The notes: a model not told the origin generated them from the sequence alone. Numbered from the stretch's first letter, positions 50,161 to 61,415 are shown. The stretch: 64,000 nt of DNA from Desulfatiglandales bacterium (GCA_963662465.1 OY759599.1:6272001-6336000); one strand, 5' to 3'. Program-made: numbers and translations.

Positions 50161-50249
50161 GAGACTGCTAATTGCTGATTGAAAGGCAAAGAAAATAATG
50201 AGGGATGGTGGAGACAACGAATCTGAATCATTGGCTGCGTTCCCAATCA

Positions 50250-50639
50250 TTACAGCAAGCAACGCGCGAGTTCCTCATAAAGTGGAAATTTGCGATCCGC
50301 TGACATCAGCTGCCCCTCATGGGCCAGTGCAGTCGCAATGATAATTCTGTCTTGCGGGTCACTGTGGTGTTCGGGAAGGTCGACTGCGATACCAGCAATC
50401 TGCGGTGTAATGGGCAAGAGCATAATTCCAGACCCCTTCAACGCCTTTTCGAACCAAGAGATCTTGTCGCAAGGCAGCACAATGCGGCTATGACGTTCAA
50501 GCCAGGCAACTTCAAAACAACTGATCGCGGAAACCGCTACAGTATCAGCAGCCTCAATCAACTTTTTTCGATTAGCCCCGAGTTCAGCAGCCTCGCTATT
50601 AACCCACCAGAGCCATATGTGAGTGTCCAGGATAATCAC
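50250..50639 (-). CDS. vapC: VapC (PIN-domain) toxin
   Basis: ILDTHIWLW, SAISCFE, HSDPQDRIIIA, SAD; GTGA overlap with the antitoxin stop. Confidence 0.9.
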   Translation of the reverse strand: MIILDTHIWLWWVNSEAAELGANRKKLIEAADTVAVSAISCFEVAWLERHSRIVLPCDKISWFEKALKGSGIMLLPITPQIAGIAVDLPEHHSDPQDRIIIATALAHEGQLMSADRKFPLYEELARCLL

Positions 50640-50863
50640 TTTGGCAAATTCCAATCAGTCTCGGGAACACTGCTGATAATATCACCAAGGATGCGGGTTT
50701 TTCCGGCGATATCGGGATGGGGGCTGCGACATCGCGACTGACCTACCCGAACATCGTCAAGCACCAAGAGGATGATCTCCAGGTGTTTGTTGGGTGGAAG
50801 TTTCGGCACATGTTTCAGATTGCCGGACTGGTCTGTTTCAAGTATCAAGCGTTCCGCATACAT
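50636..50863 (-). CDS. Probable antitoxin of vapC
   Basis: 75 aa, translationally coupled upstream of vapC. Confidence 0.7.
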   Translation of the reverse strand: MYAERLILETDQSGNLKHVPKLPPNKHLEIILLVLDDVRVGQSRCRSPHPDIAGKTRILGDIISSVPETDWNLPK

Positions 50864-51059
50864 GATTTTTCCCTCACATTAATGTTAATACAGATCTCGT
50901 AGTATATCTGCATTCTTCATAAATATTCCAAATTCCCTCATAGTTGTCAATCAATTCGTTAGCTTTTTCTATCCATAGTGAGGGCCGTTAGCACTCCTTG
51001 AGATTTTGTGGGTTTCCGGAAAAAGAAGATGCTTTTTCATGTTGATTTTTCTTTCTGTC

Positions 51060-51379
51060 TTCAATACGTCGGCAATCTCTTTGTATTCTGTTATGCCCAC
51101 ACCAAACGCTTTTGCCGCGATATGTTTGCCCAAATCCATGAGCGCTTCAAGGGCGCGCCTGAGGCATGATTCCGCCGACCAGACGTTTCTTCGATCGGCC
51201 GTAAATGAGCTGTAATTTTCCAGTGGTAAGGTCCGAATTTCTCGTACCATTTTTTCGCTCCAGTCCAGGCGATCGGCAATGACCCGTTTTGAAACTCTAT
51301 TCGGGCTCATTTTTTTCTCCCATTATAAGGGCGATACGTTCTCGTTCCAAAGGGATCAGGTCCCCCGCGCGTCTGAGGA
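51060..51379 (-). pseudogene. MntA C-terminus and HepT (DUF86) relic, cut by the IS
   Basis: AESCLRRALEALMDLGKHI...EYKEI lacks the RX4HXY motif; the upstream partner is truncated at the IS end. Confidence 0.7.
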
Positions 51380-53385
51380 CGCATAAGTCTAAATGTTGTG
51401 GGGTTGTATAACCCATCAAAATTAAAAGGCGTTTTCGGTAAACAAGAATGCATTATGAACATTCATAACTTGAATCCAAGGTAAGTCAAATGTTTGGCCG
51501 TTGGCTAATTCAAAGGGACTTTTATGAGCATTTTTTGCGCCAGGTAAAAATGGGACAAAATTCCTGATAGTCGCATGTGCTCGAAAGAAAAGACTTGCCC
51601 ATTTCTTATCTCGAAAACTCTCAATTTGTTTTAGTTTACGTTTGATTCCTTTTAAATAATTGTCAACAATGGAGGTTGTTTGTTTTATCCCATTTCTATT
51701 TTTATGAGAGGTATAATGAGTGGCATTTTCTTTTAATTCTACTACCCTCTTTTTTAGTAATGGATGAGAAAATGCATCGTCATCTAATGCCTTAATCTTT
51801 ACTTCCAAGTTAACTTTAGATGTGGATGTTTTCAAAACTTTCTTAAATTTTTTATAAAGCTTGTCCACTTCTTGGTCGGTACATTTTGATTCTTTTTGAT
51901 ATTTTGATAGTGCATCGTAGAAGTTTTTCAAACAATGACGATGGCAATATCCGACCCAAATGTTATGGAATACGGTCTTGATAGCATTGGTTGAGGCTTT
52001 CCACTTATCTTTTGTTACACCAAGGATTTTGAAGTCGATTTTTTGCAAAAAATCCTCAAATGAACCGCACAGGTTTTCTTCATCAACATGATCAACATAA
52101 TCGGAGTGCCATACTAATAAATTTTCAGGATCGACCATAACTACAGAATAAGTTCTTAAATTTGGTTCTTTTTCAAAGCCCTCATCTTCCTGTAGATATC
52201 CTGAGCCTTTCACTCCTGCTCTTGTTAGTATTGTTGCAGGATGAAGTGTTCCTGCCCATCGATTCCAGTTCAAGATGGTTTGTTTGCTTTTGACACTTTT
52301 TTTGCCAATAATTTTAAGGCTTTCGATGGCTCCTTGAATGCTCGCATTAAAACGGTACATATTCCGAAATACGTGCCCAATAATCTCTATACCAAAATTC
52401 TTTTCCCTTGGGAGAAAGCTGGGAACAAGAGAGAACTTTTGTTTGCACTTCCGGCATTGTATCATGCGGATTGGGAATGTCTGTTGTTCTCCTCCATTCA
52501 TTATTGTTTTTCGAGGATTCCCGCGGAAACCAGATAAAATATATTCTTTAGGTCCAGAACATGTTGAATTATGGCCTGTGTGGTGATCATATTTATCGAG
52601 TTTATCTAATACTTCAATGCGAAACTTCTTACTATCTTTTACGAGAGCATGATAGCTTTCGGTGTTATTATAAGGAAAGATATATGTTTGATTTCCTCGT
52701 TTAGAAACAAGGTCTTCCATTTTCTTTTTTACATTTTCGATTATGGATTTATCAAAAGATTTTAACATCCCTATCTCAAATGCAATACTGATTGTACTAT
52801 CACGACTTTTTACATTATTCAATTTTTTAGTAATATTACTTATCATTGAACGAATTGAATAAAAGATTCTAATTTTCTGTCGATCCCGTTGTGTTTTTGG
52901 AATGCTTTTTTTCCCTTTTATTGGCTTACAAATATCCCATAATTGACTTATTAACCTACCAAGTTCATCAATAAGAGCAGACAATGTTACATAAAAATAT
53001 TGCAATGATTGAAACATCTCCCTTTCATTGATCCATGATCTGATGGCATTAATGCATTTCTCAATTTCAAAGAAAATCTCAGGATACTGTTTTGGATCGT
53101 AATAACATTGTCTTGCAAGTCTGTTTTGAGCTTTGTCCAACATTGTCAAAGCTCTCTTAATATTATTAATCATGTGCAACCTCTCTAATTTAACATAGAC
53201 TGTTGCACTATGATTATGCACACTTATCAAAAAAAGTCCCTAACTTTTTTCCGCTAAGGCGAATTCAGGAAAAAATGTTTGGCCTCACGAAATGCGCTTT
53301 GATTAGGATATTGATTCTGAACCGTTTAACAGATGAAATAATTTCAATATGTTAGAGTAAACCCCACAACATTTAGACTTATGCG
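51380..53385 (-). mobile_element. Unclassified IS, copy 1 (2006 bp)
   Basis: Perfect 26-bp TIR CGCATAAGTCTAAATGTTGTGGGGTT at both ends; flanks do not form a TSD. Confidence 0.92.
51422..53230 (-). CDS. Putative DDE/DDD transposase with CxxH motif (likely start 53173)
   Basis: Sole ORF between the TIRs; CRKC Zn-ribbon half, QEDE, TKD, CHRH, TTSIVDNY...KRK. Confidence 0.8.
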   Translation of the reverse strand: MISVHNHSATVYVKLERLHMINNIKRALTMLDKAQNRLARQCYYDPKQYPEIFFEIEKCINAIRSWINEREMFQSLQYFYVTLSALIDELGRLISQLWDICKPIKGKKSIPKTQRDRQKIRIFYSIRSMISNITKKLNNVKSRDSTISIAFEIGMLKSFDKSIIENVKKKMEDLVSKRGNQTYIFPYNNTESYHALVKDSKKFRIEVLDKLDKYDHHTGHNSTCSGPKEYILSGFRGNPRKTIMNGGEQQTFPIRMIQCRKCKQKFSLVPSFLPREKNFGIEIIGHVFRNMYRFNASIQGAIESLKIIGKKSVKSKQTILNWNRWAGTLHPATILTRAGVKGSGYLQEDEGFEKEPNLRTYSVVMVDPENLLVWHSDYVDHVDEENLCGSFEDFLQKIDFKILGVTKDKWKASTNAIKTVFHNIWVGYCHRHCLKNFYDALSKYQKESKCTDQEVDKLYKKFKKVLKTSTSKVNLEVKIKALDDDAFSHPLLKKRVVELKENATHYTSHKNRNGIKQTTSIVDNYLKGIKRKLKQIESFRDKKWASLFFRAHATIRNFVPFLPGAKNAHKSPFELANGQTFDLPWIQVMNVHNAFLFTENAF

Positions 53386-53853
53386 GTCCTTCATATGTTC
53401 CAGGCTATGCCACATGGTAATGCAGTCAAAGCACTCGGTATGATCTATCTCATTGAGCGTATGCTTTACATCAAGGCCGAAAATTCTCACCGGACGCGGA
53501 TTGATTTCCGTCCCCATGACTTTCCATCCCGCCGCTCTTGCCGCAAGCAAAAAGGAACCGTCACCACACCCGATATCAAGCAATCGTTTTTCAGTTGTGT
53601 TATCCACTGTACGTTCGATAAACCGGAGGCGTTGTCTTGTACGAAACTTTGAGGTCACGCCGTGACGGCTGCCTTAATAGTGGTTTTCATAATACCGAGT
53701 CAAGTTGGCAGGGTAGGGACTGGTATGTCCGAGCCCGCATTTTGTACAACCTAAAATGGCGAAAGACTCGCTTGTTATGGGGTCGCGAACTTCACTGAAA
53801 CGGGGAAGTAACCTACCATTACATACGTTGCAAGACTGGTGCGTCGAATTCAT
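53386..53853 (-). pseudogene. SAM methyltransferase truncated by the IS, with an in-frame stop
   Basis: MNSTHQSCNVC...CTKCG...HY*G...LDIGCGDG...WHSLEHMKD, ending at the IS boundary. Confidence 0.8.
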
Positions 53854-54632
53854 TCATCCAACCTGGGAAACAATTTCGAGGAGATGATTTTCATCTTGGC
53901 CATACGAAAAATAAAGGCAGTCAACAGGCATCCAAAACCGTATTTTATGCTTTTGGTCAAATTGATAGAAGACGCTTCGGCAAAATACTTTGTTGGGCAA
54001 CTGATTTCAGCCACAGTATATCCCATCCAGATAACCTGTGTCAGCATCTGATTGTCAAACACAAAATCATTTGAATTATTTTCAATTGGAAGCTTTTCGA
54101 GCAGTTCACGGGAAAAGGCCCGGTAACCGGTGTGGTATTCGGATAATTTGGCCCCTGTAAGAATGTTTTCGACAAAAGTGAGAAAACGATTGGCGATATA
54201 TTTCCACAGCGGCATGCCGCTTTTTAATGCAGATCCACCCAGGATTCTGGACCCCAAAACACAATGATAAAGGCCGTTGCCGATCATTGAAGTCATTGCG
54301 GGAATCAGTTTAGGCGTATACTGATAGTCAGGATGAACCATGATGATGATATCGGCTTTTGTTTTCAAAATGATATTATAGCATGACTTTTGATTGCCGC
54401 CGTATCCCAGATTCCGGGAATGTTTATGAACGATAGTCTTGGGAAGTTCTTGAGCGATTTTGACCGTCTCGTCCTGACTTGCATCGTCGACGATGACGAC
54501 CAGATCGACGATCTCCTGATCCATCACTTCGCTATATGTTTTCTGTAGCGTTTTCGCCGCATTGTACGCGGGCATTGCCACAACAACTTTCTTATCCTTG
54601 TACACAAAATACCTCTGACGATAGTGGCTCAC
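53850..54632 (-). CDS. DPM1-like GT2 glycosyltransferase
   Basis: MPAYNA, VDDAS, GYGGNQK, HPDYQY, EYHTGYRA. Confidence 0.9.
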   Translation of the reverse strand: MSHYRQRYFVYKDKKVVVAMPAYNAAKTLQKTYSEVMDQEIVDLVVIVDDASQDETVKIAQELPKTIVHKHSRNLGYGGNQKSCYNIILKTKADIIIMVHPDYQYTPKLIPAMTSMIGNGLYHCVLGSRILGGSALKSGMPLWKYIANRFLTFVENILTGAKLSEYHTGYRAFSRELLEKLPIENNSNDFVFDNQMLTQVIWMGYTVAEISCPTKYFAEASSINLTKSIKYGFGCLLTAFIFRMAKMKIISSKLFPRLDE

Positions 54633-54900
54633 ATTTCTGTTCTATACATCTCAAAATGCCGGTAAACTTTCGATTTCCAAAAAGCTGTACAGAAAATATC
54701 GTTTTTTGTCACTTTTAGCAAGTTTAAGGTATTTGCTTTGAAAGGCTATGAAAAGTTTTTTGTTCTTTTCGGAATTTCTTGTGGAAATGGCGGCCTCCAC
54801 AGGTTATTTACTTAATTCAAAAGGGGTGTTATGGTTAGCCCCTGAGTGTCTGATATTCTCCAAGGAGCCGCTGATCAACATAAATTCAGCTTTGGACCGT

Positions 54901-55578
54901 ATGACTCATTTTTTACCGCGCCTTTCGAAGAGCCGAACACAGAGCGCTATTCTTGCGGGCTTTGCCTTGATAATCATCCTCCTGGCTATGGTGTGGGTAC
55001 GGACCTTTTATGGTTCAATGAAAACCTACCAGAAAGGCGAAATCCATTTTAAGGCAAATCAGTACATCAACGCAATTACATTCTATGACCGTTCAATCCA
55101 CTGGTATACGCCATTCAATCCTTACGTTCACAAATCGGCCCGCCATCTGTGGGAAATTAGCATGGATGCTCAGGCAAGGGGGGATATTCGCCTGGCACTA
55201 ATTGCAGTCAAAACAATCAAGCGGGGATTTGTCGCTGCAAGGAGCTTTTACACGCCGGGCAGGGATTGGATCGAAAAATGCGACATAAGAATGTCTGAGC
55301 TTTTGAAATTTGAACAAGGTAAGAAAAATCATCTAAAACGAGAGGGAAAAGTGGAAGTCTTACTCCTTGACAACCCACAGGTAAAAGGCCCTGACATCCT
55401 ATGGAGCATCATTTTGCTTATCGGTCTCCTGGGATGGATCGGATCTGCCATTGGGTTTATCATTTCAAGGTTCCGAACCTCCAACCCCTCAGGGTTGTTA
55501 AGCTTTTCTAATTTCAAGTGGGTATTGTTCTGGGCTGTCTTCTTTGCAATCTGGATTGTTGGGATGATGAAGGCTTAG
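54901..55578 (+). CDS. Conserved hypothetical membrane protein (paralog of 21112..21762)
   Basis: Shared motifs DRSIHWY.PFNPYVHKSA and GFVAARSFY; start uncertain. Confidence 0.75.
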   Translation: MTHFLPRLSKSRTQSAILAGFALIIILLAMVWVRTFYGSMKTYQKGEIHFKANQYINAITFYDRSIHWYTPFNPYVHKSARHLWEISMDAQARGDIRLALIAVKTIKRGFVAARSFYTPGRDWIEKCDIRMSELLKFEQGKKNHLKREGKVEVLLLDNPQVKGPDILWSIILLIGLLGWIGSAIGFIISRFRTSNPSGLLSFSNFKWVLFWAVFFAIWIVGMMKA

Positions 55579-55649
55579 CGCGGCCTTTAACTCTTAGGCA
55601 AACCAATAAAATGACCGATAATTTTACATTTTAGAGAGCAGGTGGATCA

Positions 55650-56534
55650 ATGGAGAAAATCAAAGAATCTGATGTTTCCGTCATCATCCCGGCCCACAAT
55701 GAAGCCCGGCACATTGGCAATGTGGTTTCCCATGTTATGGCCCTTCATCCCGATTTTGAAATTATTGTCATTGATGATGGTTCAACGGACGGTACGGGAG
55801 ATATGGCTCGTGAGGCCGGGGCCATTGTTTACCGGCATCCCTACAATATCGGCAACGGGGCCGCCATCAAGAGCGGTGTTCGGATTGCATCGGGCCGGGT
55901 TCTGGTGTTCATGGATGCGGATGGACAGCATGATCCCGCGGACCTGGCTCAACTGATTCAATATTTTCCGGAATTCGATATGGTGGTGGGCGCCAGGCCC
56001 GGGGGAACGCAGGATTCAAAGATCAGGGCCTTGGGAAATCGGACATACAATCGTTTGGCTTCCTACGTGACAAATTTTCCCATCCGGGATTTGACCTCGG
56101 GTTTCAGGGCCATTAAGTCGGATCTGGCGCGAAATCTGCTCTATCTTTTGCCCAATACCTACTCTTATCCCACAACCATGACGTTGGGAATCCTCAGGTC
56201 CGGCAAGAGTGTAAAATATGTGAAAATCAATATTCAGTCGAGAAAGACGGGGAAAAGTGAGATTCGGATTGTTAAGGATGGCGTCCGGTTTTTTATGATC
56301 ATTGTCAGGATATGCACCTTTTATTCCCCTCTTAAGATTTTTCTCCCCACAAGTATGGGCCTTTTTCTGGTGGGTCTTTCCTATTATGCCTATACATTCC
56401 TTACTTCCGGTCGATTTACCAACATGAGCGCTCTTCTGTTTACGACGTCTATTTTGATTTTTATGCTGGGCTTGATTTCCGAACAGATCAGCCAGATGCG
56501 ATTTGAGAAGAGTGAAGGGGATCGGTTTGTTTGA
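55650..56534 (+). CDS. DPM1-like polyprenol-phosphate GT2 (copy 2)
   Basis: Close paralog of 24915..25799. Confidence 0.9.
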   Translation: MEKIKESDVSVIIPAHNEARHIGNVVSHVMALHPDFEIIVIDDGSTDGTGDMAREAGAIVYRHPYNIGNGAAIKSGVRIASGRVLVFMDADGQHDPADLAQLIQYFPEFDMVVGARPGGTQDSKIRALGNRTYNRLASYVTNFPIRDLTSGFRAIKSDLARNLLYLLPNTYSYPTTMTLGILRSGKSVKYVKINIQSRKTGKSEIRIVKDGVRFFMIIVRICTFYSPLKIFLPTSMGLFLVGLSYYAYTFLTSGRFTNMSALLFTTSILIFMLGLISEQISQMRFEKSEGDRFV

Positions 56535-56805
56535 ATCCAAACTCGCTGGAAGATTTCTACCAGCCCGGCAGGGATTGGATGAAAAAATGCGACCGGAGGA
56601 TTTTTACCTCCAAAAAGTTGCCCGGAAGAAAAGGGTGCATTCAATTGATGAAACCCCGGGTAAAAGCGCGATACTGGAAGACCCTCAGGTCAGGGGGCTG
56701 GGTATCTTGGGGATGGTAAAGGCTTAGCGTGTTTCAAACACGATTCTGCTGTCCACGGAATTCTCGTATCAATGGCAAAATATTTGGGCTTTTTTCCGGA
56801 TCGAT

Positions 56806-58065
56806 TCAGGAGAGCAACCAGTGAACGGGAATGTTCCAGATCCGTTCCTCAAGCTTTTTGATGGAATTTGACATATTCAGCAAAAGGCCGACATTGTTTT
56901 CATTGAGGGAAACAAATTTCCGCAGGTGTCGAATATCGACGCCATGTGGGGTGTCCCGCTGCTTGATTTCACTATAAAACGTTAACCCGTTCTCAATATT
57001 CTTGAAAACAGCATCTGCTTCTACGCCGGTTGATGTCCTGGCAAAATAGATATCCTCACGAAGTGTTTCCTGGTAGACTCCTTTTCGCAATTCTGAAATA
57101 ACCGCGTTTTCAAAGCAGTTCCCATCTTCCATCCTGAAATTGTTCATCAACGATCTGAAAATCCCGGTATCAATGAAATACCATTTTGGCATTTTTTTCA
57201 TGCGCTTGCCGATGTTCTCGAAAAATGGCAAACTGGACCAGGCAACAAAAAGCTGACGATAATAGTTCATGAATCTGCGGATTGTATCGGCTGAAAGCGC
57301 GCAATCTCTTGCGAGTTCACTGATGTTCATCAATGATCCGACACGTGTGGCAAAGAGCAGCTCAAACCGTTCAAATGATTCCTGGTTTCTCAAATCAACG
57401 ATTTCTCTCAAATCCGTGTCAAGGTAGGTCTGACGGTAATTATTGAGCCATTGCCTGCGATCTTCCGGATTTGTCCGTGTCAGGAATTCGGGATAGCCGC
57501 CATACAATGTAAATTCGCGAAATTTTTCTGACAGCATGTTTGATTGTTTTGCTGGAAGATAAAATTCCGACAGTTCTGTTTCGACGTCCTTTACCGATGG
57601 CGCATATAATAGTTTTTTCAGCAAAGACTGCTCAGAGTGACTGACAAGTTCTCTGAATGACAAGGGGAACAGGGTATAAACAGAAACCCTTCCCGCCAAT
57701 GATTCTTTGATTCTCCGGTTCAGCAGAAGGTGATTTGAACCTGTGATGAGAAACCGGCCCTTTCTTTCAGGTTGGATGTCGACTTGAAGTTGAATTAGCT
57801 CAATAAGGCTCGGCATCTGTTGTACTTCATCTAAAACAATGAGGTGTTTCCCAAAGTACTCAAATTCTTTTCGAGCGTTTGCTGCCAATGCCTGTCGGGT
57901 GTCCGGATCCTTGAGATTGTAGTACTGGATGTCAAGATCACTTTTGATGAGATGCTGTGACAGGGTGGTTTTTCCTGCCTGACGGGGACCCATAATCGCA
58001 GTGACACGGTCAATTTTCAACGAATGCTGGATATGCCGCGTCAAATCCCTCGAAAGTAAATTCAC
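56806..58065 (-). CDS. AAA_14 + DUF4143 ATPase (family A, copy 2)
   Basis: Differs from 26072..27331 by only a few residues. Confidence 0.9.
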   Translation of the reverse strand: MNLLSRDLTRHIQHSLKIDRVTAIMGPRQAGKTTLSQHLIKSDLDIQYYNLKDPDTRQALAANARKEFEYFGKHLIVLDEVQQMPSLIELIQLQVDIQPERKGRFLITGSNHLLLNRRIKESLAGRVSVYTLFPLSFRELVSHSEQSLLKKLLYAPSVKDVETELSEFYLPAKQSNMLSEKFREFTLYGGYPEFLTRTNPEDRRQWLNNYRQTYLDTDLREIVDLRNQESFERFELLFATRVGSLMNISELARDCALSADTIRRFMNYYRQLFVAWSSLPFFENIGKRMKKMPKWYFIDTGIFRSLMNNFRMEDGNCFENAVISELRKGVYQETLREDIYFARTSTGVEADAVFKNIENGLTFYSEIKQRDTPHGVDIRHLRKFVSLNENNVGLLLNMSNSIKKLEERIWNIPVHWLLS

Positions 58066-58233
58066 TTACCGACCCTCCTTGATATCATTTCGATCCGAAT
58101 GGCTAAATTCTAACGATAGTATCGTCGGATTGCAAGGATAATCCGCGATTTTATCGATATTTCTCATTAAGTTTCGCCAGGCGCATATAGCGTCGGTGTA
58201 AATTCGTACCGGACCGACGGGCTCTCAGGTAAG

Positions 58234-58524
58234 CAGCGAACATTAGTACTCCTATGACTCCGATGAAGGCTGCCCCTCGCTTGAAAAGCCTGCTTCCGAT
58301 GGCGAACACTAAAAGGGTGTTTATGGCTCCGATGAATATCTGAAAGCATTTAATAAAGGGCCAGATTACGCCGAACAACTTGTTCAAAATAGCCAAAAAG
58401 TAGAGATAGAAGGGACTCAGGTTGACCAGCCTTTCTCCAATGTCCACGCCGTTGGCCAGTTTTTCCGCAAAAAAGGGATATTTAATGAATAGGATCGGCA
58501 CGTCAATCCAGATTAGGAAGAATA
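58234..58524 (-). pseudogene. GT39-like relic (duplicate)
   Basis: Copy of 27500..27790. Confidence 0.55.
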
Positions 58525-58846
58525 TACGGATGCAAATAGCAGCCCATGGCGTACAGGGTGTAATCCTGCTGTATTGTTTTCAAAGGTAGTCGAATTCCAC
58601 TGGGGCCTGATTACAAGCCCGGAAATGAGAGGTGAAATCGATCATCGCAATACAAATTCATTGATTTATATCGAAAAAATTCTTAGTCTCCGTTAAATAT
58701 TGCCAAATTGTTTTGTTGCATGTTTTGCAGTGGTTGTCCAAAATCTTAAGTGATTGTTATAAATGGATTTATTTGAAAAGATAAAAGAAAAATTTAGAAA
58801 GGGTGAATATGCCGTTAGTGATCATGCCGTCATTGAAGGCAGAAAA

Positions 58847-60851
58847 CGCATAAGTCTAAATGTTGTGGGGTTTACTCTAACATATTGAAATTATTTCATC
58901 TGTTAAACGGTTCCGAATCAATATCCTAATCAAAGCGCATTTCGTGAGGCCAAACATTTTTTCCTGAATTCGCCTTAGCGGAAAAAAGTTAGGGACTTTT
59001 TTTGATAAGTGTGCATAATCATAGTGCAACAGTCTATGTTAAATTAGAGAGGTTGCACATGATTAATAATATTAAGAGAGCTTTGACAATGTTGGACAAA
59101 GCTCAAAACAGACTTGCAAGACAATGTTATTACGATCCAAAACAGTATCCTGAGATTTTCTTTGAAATTGAGAAATGCATTAATGCCATCAGATCATGGA
59201 TCAATGAAAGGGAGATGTTTCAATCATTGCAATATTTTTATGTAACATTGTCTGCTCTTATTGATGAACTTGGTAGGTTAATAAGTCAATTATGGGATAT
59301 TTGTAAGCCAATAAAAGGGAAAAAAAGCATTCCAAAAACACAACGGGATCGACAGAAAATTAGAATCTTTTATTCAATTCGTTCAATGATAAGTAATATT
59401 ACTAAAAAATTGAATAATGTAAAAAGTCGTGATAGTACAATCAGTATTGCATTTGAGATAGGGATGTTAAAATCTTTTGATAAATCCATAATCGAAAATG
59501 TAAAAAAGAAAATGGAAGACCTTGTTTCTAAACGAGGAAATCAAACATATATCTTTCCTTATAATAACACCGAAAGCTATCATGCTCTCGTAAAAGATAG
59601 TAAGAAGTTTCGCATTGAAGTATTAGATAAACTCGATAAATATGATCACCACACAGGCCATAATTCAACATGTTCTGGACCTAAAGAATATATTTTATCT
59701 GGTTTCCGCGGGAATCCTCGAAAAACAATAATGAATGGAGGAGAACAACAGACATTCCCAATCCGCATGATACAATGCCGGAAGTGCAAACAAAAGTTCT
59801 CTCTTGTTCCCAGCTTTCTCCCAAGGGAAAAGAATTTTGGTATAGAGATTATTGGGCACGTATTTCGGAATATGTACCGTTTTAATGCGAGCATTCAAGG
59901 AGCCATCGAAAGCCTTAAAATTATTGGCAAAAAAAGTGTCAAAAGCAAACAAACCATCTTGAACTGGAATCGATGGGCAGGAACACTTCATCCTGCAACA
60001 ATACTAACAAGAGCAGGAGTGAAAGGCTCAGGATATCTACAGGAAGATGAGGGCTTTGAAAAAGAACCAAATTTAAGAACTTATTCTGTAGTTATGGTCG
60101 ATCCTGAAAATTTATTAGTATGGCACTCCGATTATGTTGATCATGTTGATGAAGAAAACCTGTGCGGTTCATTTGAGGATTTTTTGCAAAAAATCGACTT
60201 CAAAATCCTTGGTGTAACAAAAGATAAGTGGAAAGCCTCAACCAATGCTATCAAGACCGTATTCCATAACATTTGGGTCGGATATTGCCTCGTCATTGTT
60301 TGAAAAACTTCTACGATGCACTATCAAAATATCAAAAAGAATCAAAATGTACCGACCAAGAAGTGGACAAGCTTTATAAAAAATTTAAGAAAGTTTTGAA
60401 AACATCCACATCTAAAGTTAACTTGGAAGTAAAGATTAAGGCATTAGATGACGATGCATTTTCTCATCCATTACTAAAAAAGAGGGTAGTAGAATTAAAA
60501 GAAAATGCCACTCATTATACCTCTCATAAAAATAGAAATGGGATAAAACAAACAACCTCCATTGTTGACAATTATTTAAAAGGAATCAAACGTAAACTAA
60601 AACAAATTGAGAGTTTTCGAGATAAGAAATGGGCAAGTCTTTTCTTTCGAGCACATGCGACTATCAGGAATTTTGTCCCATTTTTACCTGGCGCAAAAAA
60701 TGCTCATAAAAGTCCCTTTGAATTAGCCAACGGCCAAACATTTGACTTACCTTGGATTCAAGTTATGAATGTTCATAATGCATTCTTGTTTACCGAAAAC
60801 GCCTTTTAATTTTGATGGGTTATACAACCCCACAACATTTAGACTTATGCG
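58847..60851 (+). mobile_element. Unclassified IS, copy 2 (2005 bp)
   Basis: Same 26-bp TIRs; 8-bp TSD GCAGAAAA (58839-58846 and 60852-60859); the empty site is visible in duplicate copy 1 near 28105. Confidence 0.95.
59002..60809 (+). pseudogene. Transposase frameshifted by a 1-bp deletion near 60290
   Basis: TGCCATCGT in copy 1 is TGCCTCGT here, splitting the ORF at CHRH. Confidence 0.88.
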
Positions 60852-61089
60852 GCAGAAAAGATGGTATTGCGCCAAAAACAGTTGCCAGGAATCGGAGAAG
60901 CTGTTGCTGATGTGAATGAAATGCGCTTTCTGACTCAGCGCTGACCCGCATACCATCAATAAACCTTTTCGCCATCAAGCCCACAGTATCTACAAGCCTG
61001 GAATAAGCAGGAGTTGCCTGCTCTTGAACAGAAAGTTGTTTATTATGCGTGGTTTGGCATAGGATAAGAAGATAAATGGGGGGTGTTCT

Positions 61090-61413
61090 ATGGTGCGTGG
61101 CAAGGTATTCCAGTGTGAGATCACCGTCTCTTCAGGTGTGAAGGATAAGCTACTGATAAAACACAATATTGAAATTTGGGAACTGGAAGAAGTCATATAC
61201 GACGACAAACACGCTTTCTCAATTTCACACAGCGACTGCTATTTCGTGTATGGACAAACTTTTGCAGGCAGATACTTGCTGGTACTCGTCAGAGTTCTCT
61301 CCCAAGAAGAAGTCCACAAACTTGGGCTGGAGGTTGGGCGTAGTTTCGTGAAAATCATAACCGCCAGGGATAGAAACCAAAGGAAAATTTATCTCAAGAG
61401 AAAAGGAGGTTAG
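61090..61413 (+). CDS. BrnT-like toxin (duplicate)
   Basis: One residue different from 28343..28666. Confidence 0.75.
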   Translation: MVRGKVFQCEITVSSGVKDKLLIKHNIEIWELEEVIYDDKHAFSISHSDCYFVYGQTFAGRYLLVLVRVLSQEEVHKLGLEVGRSFVKIITARDRNQRKIYLKRKGG

Positions 61414-61415
61414 CT

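Noticed and set aside
48485..51379. Integron cassette array
   Set aside because: No tyrosine integrase, no convincing paired RYYYAAC/GTTRRRY attC sites, and genes in mixed orientation.
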